NCBI GenBank assembly: GCA_003164215.1
Contig: PLSR01000017.1
Coordinates: 148,029-205,630 of the forward strand
Direction: 5' to 3'
Source of the DNA: Candidatus Kaiserbacteria bacterium
GTDB lineage: Bacteria > Patescibacteriota > Minisyncoccia > Phycocordibacterales > UBA2100
DNA length: 57,602 nt
Part shown: positions 45,851 through 53,782 of the stretch, in pieces
How the letters are laid out: every line of letters starts with the position of its first letter
How positions within the stretch are numbered: the stretch's first letter is position 1
The notes under the pieces: model-generated
Told to the model about the DNA's origin: nothing
The model's input: only the letters and a program-made list of their open reading frames with translations
Database searches by the model: none
Position numbers and translations under genes: made by a program

Positions 45851-47509
45851 ATGGCACTCATCTATTTTTACGACGCGACCGATCTCGACAAGCTGCAGCT
45901 GAGCGATGCCTTGAAAGGTACCGATCATCACTGGGAATACAGAGAAGGGAAGTTGGAGCTCGACAACTGCGATCCGAACACGGAGGTCATTGGCGTTTTC
46001 ATTTCAAGCGCGGTCACCCGCGCCTGCATCGAAGCGATGCCGAAGCTGAAGCTCATCGCGTGCCGTTCGACCGGATTCAACAATGTCGATCTCGACGCTG
46101 CGCGCGAGCATGGCGTCACGGTGGTGAATGTTCCGACCTATGGCGAGAACACTGTCGCGGAGTATGCGTTCGCGCTTTTGTTGGCACTCGTGCGCAAGCT
46201 TCCGCAGGTCTTCGCGACCGAGAACGAACGATTTTCTTCCGACGCGCTCATCGGGCAGGACCTGCAAGGGAAAGTATTTGGCGTCATCGGCACTGGGCAC
46301 ATCGGTCAAAAAGCGCTGAAGATCGCGCACGGATTTTCTATGGACTCGATCGCATATGATGCGTTCCCGAAGGATGAGCTTCAGGCGGAATTCAATTTTA
46401 CGTACGTCGGGCTCGAGGAATTGATCGCACGGTCGGATATCATCTCACTGCATACGCCATACCTGCCATCCACACGCCACATCATCAATAGAGAGCGATT
46501 GGCCATGATGAAGCCCGGTGCACTTCTCATCAACACAGCGCGCGGTGAGCTCGTAGATACCGCGGCACTCGTCGAGAGTCTGGAGAATCATCACCTCGGC
46601 GGCGCGGCGCTCGACGTGGTAGAAGGCGAGGCGGTTTTGAATTATGCGGAAGAGATCGCGCTCTTGCGAAGCGGTACGCTTCCACCGGAAACACTGCGAC
46701 ACAGTGTGGAGATCTCGGCTCTCGAAAAAATGCCGAACGTGATCATCAGTCCGCACAATGCGTTCAATTCGACGGAAGCGATCCTGCGCATCAATCGAAC
46801 GACTGCACAGAACATCATCGACTTTTGGTATGGGAAAACGCCGAACAAAGTCGAAGCCGCCAAAAAATCCGCCGGGTCGCTTCTTGTCGTCCGCCATACC
46901 GAATCGGAATGGAACGCGCTCGGCAAATGGACGGGGATCACCGATGTGCACTTGAGCGATACTGGTTTCAAGGAGGCGGCACTATTTGGGGTCGCGCTCA
47001 AGGGACTTGATATCAACATTGACGTCGCCTTTTGCTCGCAGCAAATTCGCACGCGCGAGACGCTTGAGGGCATGCTTGATTCCGCTCAGCAATTCGGCGT
47101 CAACGTCACGACGAGCGGCGCCTTGAATGAACGTAATTATGGCGTTTTCACCGGCAAGAATAAATGGGAGATGAAGGATGCGATCGGGGAGGATGCTTTC
47201 AATGCTGTGCGACGCGGATGGGATGTTCCCATCGAGAACGGCGAGACTTTGAAGATGGTATATGAACGGGTAGTTCCTTTTTACAAAGAGACGATCGTGC
47301 CGCTTTTGAATGACGGTAAAAACGTTCTCATCGTTGCGCACGGCAACTCCATTCGGGCCCTCAAGAAATATATTGAATTCATCAGCGACAAAGACATCGC
47401 TGACCTCGAAATGCCGTTCGGCCAGATCATTGCTTACAGCGTCTCGCCGGAAGGTCTTAAGAAAAGCGCCATAACGACGACGATCAATGCGGCTCCGTCG
47501 AAGGCGTGA
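45851..47509 (+). CDS. fusion protein: D-isomer-specific 2-hydroxyacid dehydrogenase (LdhA/SerA-like) fused to 2,3-BPG-dependent phosphoglycerate mutase (histidine phosphatase)
   Basis: The N-terminal ~335 aa carry GVIGTGHIGQ (NAD), NTARGELVD and ISPHNAF. The C-terminal ~210 aa carry VVRHTESEWN, LNERNYG and VAHGNSIRAL, the dPGM motifs. It is one uninterrupted 552-codon ORF. Confidence 0.8.
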   Translation: MALIYFYDATDLDKLQLSDALKGTDHHWEYREGKLELDNCDPNTEVIGVFISSAVTRACIEAMPKLKLIACRSTGFNNVDLDAAREHGVTVVNVPTYGENTVAEYAFALLLALVRKLPQVFATENERFSSDALIGQDLQGKVFGVIGTGHIGQKALKIAHGFSMDSIAYDAFPKDELQAEFNFTYVGLEELIARSDIISLHTPYLPSTRHIINRERLAMMKPGALLINTARGELVDTAALVESLENHHLGGAALDVVEGEAVLNYAEEIALLRSGTLPPETLRHSVEISALEKMPNVIISPHNAFNSTEAILRINRTTAQNIIDFWYGKTPNKVEAAKKSAGSLLVVRHTESEWNALGKWTGITDVHLSDTGFKEAALFGVALKGLDINIDVAFCSQQIRTRETLEGMLDSAQQFGVNVTTSGALNERNYGVFTGKNKWEMKDAIGEDAFNAVRRGWDVPIENGETLKMVYERVVPFYKETIVPLLNDGKNVLIVAHGNSIRALKKYIEFISDKDIADLEMPFGQIIAYSVSPEGLKKSAITTTINAAPSKA

Positions 47510-47570
47510 AAGAGCCGGGTGTACGTGCTTCGAGCGAGATTTGATCGCTTTAGTGAAATATAGAAAAATT

Positions 47571-47598
47571 CCGCCGCCCAGCGTGGCGTGGGCGGCGG
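47571..47598 (-). terminator. 10-bp GC hairpin, T-rich tail on the minus strand
   Basis: ccgccgccca-N8-tgggcggcgg, followed on the minus strand by aattttt. Confidence 0.55.
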
Positions 47599-47623
47599 CG
47601 ATCATTATCAGGATCGCGAATCG

Positions 47624-48061
47624 CTAGTACTGCTGATCCATGAACCGGGCGATGCTTTGCAAGGCACTTCCGTATCGGCGTTGCAAGTACATGATCTGCT
47701 TGTTGAGCTCCGAACGGATGCGCTCAACGATGGGCTCGATCGGGACCTCTTCGGACAACTCGCGCATTCCGACCGATATCTCGGACTCGATCTTCATGTC
47801 GAAGGCGAACCCCTCGAGGATCAACTTGACCGACAGATATTCAATGACTGCTTCGGTTCTTCCACCTCCGAGACGTGGGACGACCTTGATGACCGACAAG
47901 TGGTCCGACACGTCACCCAGAAATTCCATAACAGCGATCGCAAGTGCTCCGATCCGCGCGATCTTTTGACCGTCCAATCGGGCGATTGAAATTTCGTCGC
48001 CGTTGGGACCTCCCCTTTGCTTCCACGCGGTGAGATCTATGCTAAGAACGGGACTTTTCAT
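47624..48061 (-). CDS. hypothetical protein
   Basis: 145 aa starting at ATG 48061 with an AAGGAGG Shine-Dalgarno. No family recognised. Confidence 0.5.
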   Translation of the reverse strand: MKSPVLSIDLTAWKQRGGPNGDEISIARLDGQKIARIGALAIAVMEFLGDVSDHLSVIKVVPRLGGGRTEAVIEYLSVKLILEGFAFDMKIESEISVGMRELSEEVPIEPIVERIRSELNKQIMYLQRRYGSALQSIARFMDQQY

Positions 48062-48162
48062 CACAACCTCCTTGGTCTCAGACCAAGCTTCATTTCCGCT
48101 CACCACGAGCAGACGGCCGTATAGTCACACGTCCAACAACTTCGGTCAAGACGCACGCTTTC

Positions 48163-48777
48163 TTATTTGAATGCGAAGGTAGCGATGTTTTTTATGATCT
48201 CTTCGTTGACCGCTTCGCGCGAAAGCGAGCCGTCGACTTCGACGAGAAGGCCAAGTTCGCGGTAGCGTTCGATGACGGGCTGCGTGAGCGTGCGGAATTT
48301 CTCGAGGCGATTCGCAAGTGCGGTGCGGCTGTCGTCGCCGCGCTCCCCGCGGTCGTTGAGCTCTTTGGCGGCGTCGAAACGTTTCCACACTTCCTCTTCG
48401 CTGAGGCGTAGCAGTACGACAGCTTTGATCGGGTGCCCCGCGTCGGCCGTCGCCTTCATAACGGTCACTTCCTCGCCTTGAAGTCGTCCGACGGCGCTCA
48501 AGACGAGCGGTTTGCCGGCGAATTGCGGATCCGAGAGATACGCGACCATGATCTTGAGGTATAAGTCGCTCGGTATGAGATCGCCCGTCGCCATGATGCG
48601 CTCCAGCTCAGCCTGATCGGTATGGCTTCGCAAGATGTCGCCGCCGGCAACGAGCAATGCCCCGAGATGATCGGCGAGAATTTTCCCTTGCGTATCTTTG
48701 CCGGCGAAGGGGACTCCGAACACGTTTATCGAACCTGCTCCTAACCATTCTGTGATCAATTTTGTCCGTTCATCCAT
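48163..48777 (-). CDS. adenylate-kinase-family nucleoside monophosphate kinase (divergent P-loop)
   Basis: FGVPFAGKDTQGKILADHLG (compare GPPGAGKGTQ), GDILR and TGDLIPSDL. No zinc lid. Confidence 0.6.
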   Translation of the reverse strand: MDERTKLITEWLGAGSINVFGVPFAGKDTQGKILADHLGALLVAGGDILRSHTDQAELERIMATGDLIPSDLYLKIMVAYLSDPQFAGKPLVLSAVGRLQGEEVTVMKATADAGHPIKAVVLLRLSEEEVWKRFDAAKELNDRGERGDDSRTALANRLEKFRTLTQPVIERYRELGLLVEVDGSLSREAVNEEIIKNIATFAFK

Positions 48778-48869
48778 GTCCACATAATACACCTTTCTGC
48801 GCACAGGCCGGGTAGCGAGCCGTTTTCCGGTGGTATGATGGAAACACATTATTGTTCTAAATTTTTATT

Positions 48870-51233
48870 ATGCATACCTATATAAAGTTCTTTAAAGACA
48901 TCGTCCTCGCCGACATTCCGGAAGTGGGCGGCAAGAATGCCTCTCTGGGGGAAATGGTCCACTATTTGGCACCACAGGGAGTCAATCTGCCGAACGGTTT
49001 CGCGACCACGGCCAAAGCATACTATTACTTCCTCGAGAAAGCGGGCATCAAGGATGAGATCGCGCAGATCTTGAGCACGATCAACGTCAACGACGTCACC
49101 GACGCCGAGCCGAAAGCCGCGCGCATCCGTCAGCTCATCATCGACGCCAAGTTCCCTGAAGATTTCGAAGCGGAGGTCCGCCAGGGCTACCAGGAGCTCT
49201 GCAAGATCTGCGGCCAAGAGAATCTCATCGTCGCCATTCGCTCCAGTGCGACCGCCGAAGACCTTCCGAACGCGTCTTTTGCCGGCCAGCAGGAATCATT
49301 CCTCAATATTTCCGGCGAGGAAGACGTCATCCTCTCGGCCAAGAAGTGCATCGCATCGCTCTTCACTGATCGCGCGATCACGTATCGCGTCAACAACGGC
49401 TTCGACCACACGAAGATCGCGCTCTCCGTCGGCGTTCAGCAGATGGTCGCTGTGCACGCGCATGCCGCAGGCGTCATGTTCACCATTGATACCGAATCCG
49501 GCTTCAAGAACGCGGTCGTCGTGAGCGCGGTCTACGGCCTCGGTGAGAACATCGTCTTGGGCCATGCCAATCCTGATGAATTCACCGTCTTCAAGCCGAC
49601 GATGGCGATCATCCGCCGCAAGCTCGGTTCCAAGAAAGTGAAAATGATTCCGGTCGCCAACGACAAGACCGAGAATCTCGAAGTCCCGCTCGAAGACCAG
49701 CGCAAGTACGCGATCACCGACGAGCAGGTGAAGACGCTCGCCACGTGGGCCGTCGCCATCCATGAGCACTATGGCAAACCGATGGACATCGAATGGGCGC
49801 TCGACGAAGTTGACGGCAAAATGTACATCGTGCAGGCGCGCGCCGAGACGGTGCAATCGCGCAAAAATCCGAACGAGATCGAAGCGTATGTGCTGATGGG
49901 CAACGGTCCGCTCCTTACGAAAGGTACACGTGTCGGCAATAAGATCGGCGCCGGCAAAGCGACTCGCATCATGAATCTCAAAGAGATCGGCAAATTCAAT
50001 GACGGCGATGTCCTCGTGACGGAAATGACCGACCCGGACTGGGTCGAGATCATGCGGCGCGCGAGTGCGGTCGTCACTGATAAGGGCGGACGCACCTGCC
50101 ACGCCGCGATCGTCTCCCGCGAGCTCGGGATCCCGTGCGTCGTCGGCACTGCCGATGCGACGGCCAAGATCCCCGACGGCAGCGACGTCACGGTGACCTG
50201 CGCCGGCGGCAACGAGGGCATCGTCTACGGTGGCATTCTCAAATACGAAGTCCACAAGACCGACATTCAAAATCTCCCGAAGACCAAGACGAAGATCATG
50301 ATGAACGTCGGCTCTCCTGACCTCGCGTTCGAATACTCGCAGATCCCCAACGACGGCGTCGGCCTCGCACGCGAGGAATTCATCATTGATTCGCACATCA
50401 AGATCCACCCGATGGCACTCCTCAAATTCGACGAGCTTCAGGATCAGGAGGCGAAGAAGACGATCGAAGACCTCACGATGGGCTACACCGACAAAGCGCA
50501 GTACTACGTCGACAAGCTCGCCGAAGGCATCGCGACGATCGGCGCGGCGTTCCATCCGCGCGACGTCATCATCCGCTTCAGCGACTTCAAGACCAACGAA
50601 TACGCCAATCTTATCGGCGGCAAGCAGTTCGAGCCGGAGGAGAACAACCCGATGATCGGTTGGCGCGGAGCGAGCCGCTACTACGATCCGAAATTCCAAG
50701 CGGCCTTCGAGCTCGAGTGCCGCGCATTCTTGAAGTGCCGCAACGAAATGGGGCTCACCAACATTAAAGCGATGATCCCGTTCTGCCGCACGCTCGACGA
50801 GGCGCGCAAGTGCCTCGGCGTGATGGAAGGGCAGGGGCTCCGCCGCGGTGAGAACGGCTTCGAGGTCTACGTCATGTGCGAGATCCCGGCCAACGTCATC
50901 CTTGCGAGCCAGTTCGCCGACCTCTTCGACGGTTTCTCGATAGGATCGAACGATCTCACTCAGCTCGCGCTCGGCGTCGACCGCGACAACAGCGCGGTCG
51001 CGCATGTGTACAGCGAGAGCAACGAGGCGGTGAAGGAGCTCATTCGCACGGTCGTCAAAGTCGCGCACGAGAAGCACGTGAAGATCGGCCTCTGCGGCCA
51101 GGCGCCGTCGGACAATCCCGAATTCGCGGCGTTCCTCGTCGAGATCGGCATCGACAGCATGTCGCTCGCACCTGATTCCGTCATTCAAACGACGATCCAG
51201 ACCAAGGAGATCGAAGATCGATTGGGGCGCTAA
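48870..51233 (+). CDS. ppsA: phosphoenolpyruvate synthase (pyruvate, water dikinase)
   Basis: 787 aa. GGKNASLGEM, phospho-His region GGRTCHAAIVSRELGIP and a C-terminal PEP-utilising domain. Confidence 0.95.
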   Translation: MHTYIKFFKDIVLADIPEVGGKNASLGEMVHYLAPQGVNLPNGFATTAKAYYYFLEKAGIKDEIAQILSTINVNDVTDAEPKAARIRQLIIDAKFPEDFEAEVRQGYQELCKICGQENLIVAIRSSATAEDLPNASFAGQQESFLNISGEEDVILSAKKCIASLFTDRAITYRVNNGFDHTKIALSVGVQQMVAVHAHAAGVMFTIDTESGFKNAVVVSAVYGLGENIVLGHANPDEFTVFKPTMAIIRRKLGSKKVKMIPVANDKTENLEVPLEDQRKYAITDEQVKTLATWAVAIHEHYGKPMDIEWALDEVDGKMYIVQARAETVQSRKNPNEIEAYVLMGNGPLLTKGTRVGNKIGAGKATRIMNLKEIGKFNDGDVLVTEMTDPDWVEIMRRASAVVTDKGGRTCHAAIVSRELGIPCVVGTADATAKIPDGSDVTVTCAGGNEGIVYGGILKYEVHKTDIQNLPKTKTKIMMNVGSPDLAFEYSQIPNDGVGLAREEFIIDSHIKIHPMALLKFDELQDQEAKKTIEDLTMGYTDKAQYYVDKLAEGIATIGAAFHPRDVIIRFSDFKTNEYANLIGGKQFEPEENNPMIGWRGASRYYDPKFQAAFELECRAFLKCRNEMGLTNIKAMIPFCRTLDEARKCLGVMEGQGLRRGENGFEVYVMCEIPANVILASQFADLFDGFSIGSNDLTQLALGVDRDNSAVAHVYSESNEAVKELIRTVVKVAHEKHVKIGLCGQAPSDNPEFAAFLVEIGIDSMSLAPDSVIQTTIQTKEIEDRLGR

Positions 51234-51253
51234 CCAATAATCAAAGTCCAAAG

Positions 51254-51280
51254 AAAAACACCCGGTGAGGGTGTTTTTCT
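51254..51280 (+). terminator. rho-independent terminator of ppsA
   Basis: acaccc-ggtga-gggtgt followed by a T-run. Confidence 0.65.
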
Positions 51281-51311
51281 TTATATTTGTTTGCTCTGTT
51301 ACAATGGTCAT

Positions 51312-51947
51312 ATGAAGGCGATTGCATTTATCGATGCCTCCAATTTATTCTACGGAGGTAAGAAGTCGCTCGGCTGGAGTATCGATTACCAGGAACTGCT
51401 AACGTACCTTAATGAAAAGTATGGTATTGGAAAAGCATATTTTTTCGGCGGTGTTGAGGTGTATCGTTTTGATTTTGACTACCTAACATACGATTCAGTC
51501 CCTATACGGCAGCTGGAAACCTATCTCGTCGAGTTGATCGAGCACGATGGTTCCCGAATGAGTGAAGCAAAGCTACTGCTTTTGGATCGTCACCTTAAGC
51601 GTGTCCGTTTTTATGCACTGCTTGAACAATTTGGCTATTCACTCATTCTGAAACCCGTGAAGACGTATCGTGACGAGGATGGCAACCAAACTCGAAAGGC
51701 GAACTGTGATGTTGATATGTCGTTCTGCATGATGAAAGAGCGCGAAAGTTACAGTCGAGCTGTCGTGTTGTCCGGCGATGGAGACTTCCTTCCGGTGCTC
51801 AAGTTTTTGAAGAAAAGCGGTAAAGAGGTGATCGTCCTTGCTCGAAGTGCCCGTACCGCAAAAGAGATCAAACAGTTCGCGGGCAGTAATTTTAGGGATT
51901 TTGAATATTTGCGAGAGCGCCTCAAGCGTGACGAACCAGAGCAGTAA
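51312..51947 (+). CDS. NYN-domain (LabA/DUF88-like, PIN-fold) putative ribonuclease
   Basis: AFIDASNLFYG...KANCDVDMSF...AVVLSGDGDFLPVLKFLKKSGKEVIVLA carries the NYN acidic-residue pattern. GC is visibly low (hand count 51/120 over the first 120 nt). TACAAT lies 7 nt before the ATG and there is no Shine-Dalgarno. Confidence 0.75.
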   Translation: MKAIAFIDASNLFYGGKKSLGWSIDYQELLTYLNEKYGIGKAYFFGGVEVYRFDFDYLTYDSVPIRQLETYLVELIEHDGSRMSEAKLLLLDRHLKRVRFYALLEQFGYSLILKPVKTYRDEDGNQTRKANCDVDMSFCMMKERESYSRAVVLSGDGDFLPVLKFLKKSGKEVIVLARSARTAKEIKQFAGSNFRDFEYLRERLKRDEPEQ

Positions 51948-52082
51948 GAATGTCTGCGGTATATAGCAAACAGCGAGCGGCACCCATATAGGATGCCGCT
52001 CAGGTCTGATGTGCTCAGTGTAGATGTAAAAGGTGAAAAGTCAATGAATTTAAGGTGGTGACAACTCCACGAGGTTCAACCG

Positions 52083-52223
52083 TGCGGTCAGGCTCCGTCC
52101 GACAATCCCGAATTCGCAGCCTTCCTCGTAGAGATCGGTATCGACAGCATGTCGCTCGCACCGGATTCCGTCATCCAAACGACGATCCAGACCAAAGAGA
52201 TCGAAGACCGCCTGGGCCGCTAA
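52083..52223 (+). pseudogene. ppsA: detached second copy of the last 46 codons plus stop of ppsA
   Basis: Collinear with 51093-51233 at an offset of 990 nt. 14 nucleotide differences, all synonymous. The similarity continues about 40 nt past the stop codon. Confidence 0.9.
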
Positions 52224-52415
52224 TCAATTAGCAACGTTAAAGAAAGACGCCCGGGAGGGGGTGATCTGGCAAAATACTCTTTAATTTTATCGGGCTATTC
52301 GTCAAATCTTAGTTTGGCAGAGGCGGAACTGCTTGTAAAAAAGGCGGCCGAGGATGCCCGAAAGGCACCAGGTGTTGGTGCATTGGGTGATTATTATATT
52401 TTGCCAGAAAAAGTT

Positions 52416-52516
52416 GGATGATTGGGGTCTGACCCCACAAAAGTTCAGGAATCGTGTTGCAAAAATCATTAGAGGGAATTGGGGTCGTTGTTTGAGCTAG
52501 GTTTCGCCTCGCTCGC
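52416..52516. repeat. island intergenic element, copy 1 (full length)
   Basis: ggatgattGGGGTCTGACCCCacaaaagttcaggaatcg...gaggg aattgggg...tttgagctaggtttcgcctc. Compare copies 2 and 3. Confidence 0.85.
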
Positions 52517-52517
52517 C

Positions 52518-52551
52518 CAAAAAGAAGAACCGCCTCAACATGAGACGGTTC
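52518..52551 (-). terminator. rho-independent terminator of orphan gene b
   Basis: Minus strand: gaaccgtctc-atgtt-gaggcggttc followed by TTCTTTTTGG. Confidence 0.7.
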
Positions 52552-52580
52552 AGAAGAACGTTCGTCGGCTGGCTCGTGAG

Positions 52581-53105
52581 TCAGAGCTTCTTGCGCAACT
52601 CCATTTGTCGGAGTCCGTCGAGGATCTGATGCGCCGCATTGCCCGGATCTTCCAGGCCAGCTGCGGCGCGCGCCGAAACAGAATCGATGTGGTCGGCGGC
52701 CTCGAGATCGCGGGTCGTGAACTCCTTGCCTTTCGACAGGATCTCCTTCAGCGCGCGATAATTCCTCGCATCGATGACGCCGCAGTAGAGGAGGATGTCG
52801 GAGTAATCGACTGCCTCCCGGTACATCATTCGAAGTAGGGGACGGCGGGTCTTAATGACATCCCACGCGTTTCGAGCGTCTCGGAAGTCGTGAACGAAAT
52901 TGTTCAGCATATCCTCGTTGATGATCCCGCGTTCCGCAGCGAGGTTGAGCAGGTCAGCCGACGCGCGGAGGTTCCTGAAGTATTCGCCGGCCGTATTTGC
53001 CTCCGGCCCTTGAATCATCGAGATCTCGACTTTGGTCATTGCGCTCGCTCCTCCATTGAGCACGAGTAAAGCCAGAATAGCTGCTAGTGCGGCGCCTTGC
53101 TCCAT
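52581..53105 (-). CDS. orphan secreted protein (island gene b)
   Basis: 174 aa from ATG 53105. Signal-like MEQGAALAAILALLVLNGGASA. Has its own promoter and terminator. No family recognised. Confidence 0.6.
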   Translation of the reverse strand: MEQGAALAAILALLVLNGGASAMTKVEISMIQGPEANTAGEYFRNLRASADLLNLAAERGIINEDMLNNFVHDFRDARNAWDVIKTRRPLLRMMYREAVDYSDILLYCGVIDARNYRALKEILSKGKEFTTRDLEAADHIDSVSARAAAGLEDPGNAAHQILDGLRQMELRKKL

Positions 53106-53152
53106 GGCTATTCCTTTCGACAAGCCAGAATGGCTCGAAATGTTCTTACGTA

Positions 53153-53180
53153 ATACTACACGAAATACGACATGAGTCAA
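53153..53180 (-). promoter_or_regulatory. sigma70-like promoter TTGACT-16-TAGTAT for gene b
   Basis: Read on the minus strand, immediately downstream of element copy 2. Confidence 0.45.
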
Positions 53181-53191
53181 TAGTGAATTTT

Positions 53192-53284
53192 GATCTGACC
53201 CCACAAAAGTTCAGGAATCGTGTTGCAAAAAGCATGAGAGGGAATTGGGGCTGGTCATCATTTCGTGGCGAGGTTTCGCCTCGC
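53192..53284. repeat. island intergenic element, copy 2 (left palindrome half degenerate)
   Basis: About 57/60 identical to copy 1 over tctgaccccacaaaagttcaggaatcgtgttgcaaaaa.cat.agagggaattgggg. Confidence 0.85.
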
Positions 53285-53292
53285 GTTAGCTT

Positions 53293-53336
53293 AAAACAGA
53301 AAACCCACCGAAGCGGATCTTCCGCTTTGATGGGTT
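53293..53336 (-). terminator. rho-independent terminator of gene c (shared module, copy 1)
   Basis: Minus strand: ~16-bp imperfect stem (aacccatcaaagcgga/tccgcttcggtgggtt) followed by TTCTGTTTT. It abuts the stop codon. Confidence 0.75.
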
Positions 53337-53551
53337 CAGGAGCCGCGAACCATTCGTTCGAGAATCTCCGCTTGGTTCCTCGTGATCGTTCCGACGGCGT
53401 CGTAGAGCGGGTCGAAGAAGTCGTCGCCCGCAGCGATCGCTCCGGAAAGCGTGAAGAGAATTGCGGCAGACTTCCAGACCATCGGGTCGGGATTATCCTT
53501 TTCCGCCGTCGCGAGAGCCTTGACCGCTTCTCGGAATTCCTTGCGATCCAT
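53336..53551 (-). CDS. orphan small protein (island gene c)
   Basis: 71 aa with a consensus promoter upstream and a terminator downstream. Ends in ...RGS, like gene e (...IGS). Confidence 0.55.
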   Translation of the reverse strand: MDRKEFREAVKALATAEKDNPDPMVWKSAAILFTLSGAIAAGDDFFDPLYDAVGTITRNQAEILERMVRGS

Positions 53552-53589
53552 TCGAGTTCTCCAGCTTTGTGCGGCATTGCACTGCCGCC

Positions 53590-53618
53590 ATTATAGCATA
53601 ATAAAATCATATTGTCAA
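53590..53618 (-). promoter_or_regulatory. perfect consensus sigma70 promoter TTGACA-17-TATAAT for gene c
   Basis: Minus strand: ttgacaatatgattttattatgctataat. Confidence 0.7.
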
Positions 53619-53624
53619 ACATAC

Positions 53625-53683
53625 GGATGACTGGGGTCTGACCCCAGAAAAGTTCAGGAATCGTTTGAGCTAGGTTTCGCCTC
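53625..53683. repeat. island intergenic element, copy 3 (short form, lacks a ~36-nt internal segment)
   Basis: ggatgacTGGGGTCTGACCCCAgaaaagttcaggaatcg|tttgagctaggtttcgcctc. It sits exactly between the two divergent -35 boxes. Confidence 0.85.
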
Positions 53684-53694
53684 AGCCGCGGGCG

Positions 53695-53722
53695 TTGACA
53701 GACGTCATTAAAGATTTATAAT
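53695..53722 (+). promoter_or_regulatory. near-consensus sigma70 promoter TTGACA-16-TATAAT for gene d
   Basis: ttgacagacgtcattaaagatttataat. Confidence 0.65.
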
Positions 53723-53782
53723 ACTTTGAGATAAATTTGATCGCTGGCACAGGCCTTCGATCCGCGCAGTGGGAGCCATCCA

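Noticed and set aside
49296-51311. 671-aa ORF on the minus strand, the longest non-annotated ORF in the track.
   Set aside because: It is fully antisense to ppsA, whose product is unmistakable. The antisense translation is Arg/Asp/His/Val-rich low complexity, typical of shadow ORFs in GC-rich coding DNA. Similar shadow ORFs lie opposite the RND pump, glyA, the island genes and others (for example 26782-27486, 7349-8053, 35094-35936, 16419-16961).
51093-52263. The ppsA-end duplication as a DGR template/variable repeat pair.
   Set aside because: The 14 differences are not adenine-specific, all are synonymous, and there is no reverse transcriptase in the window.
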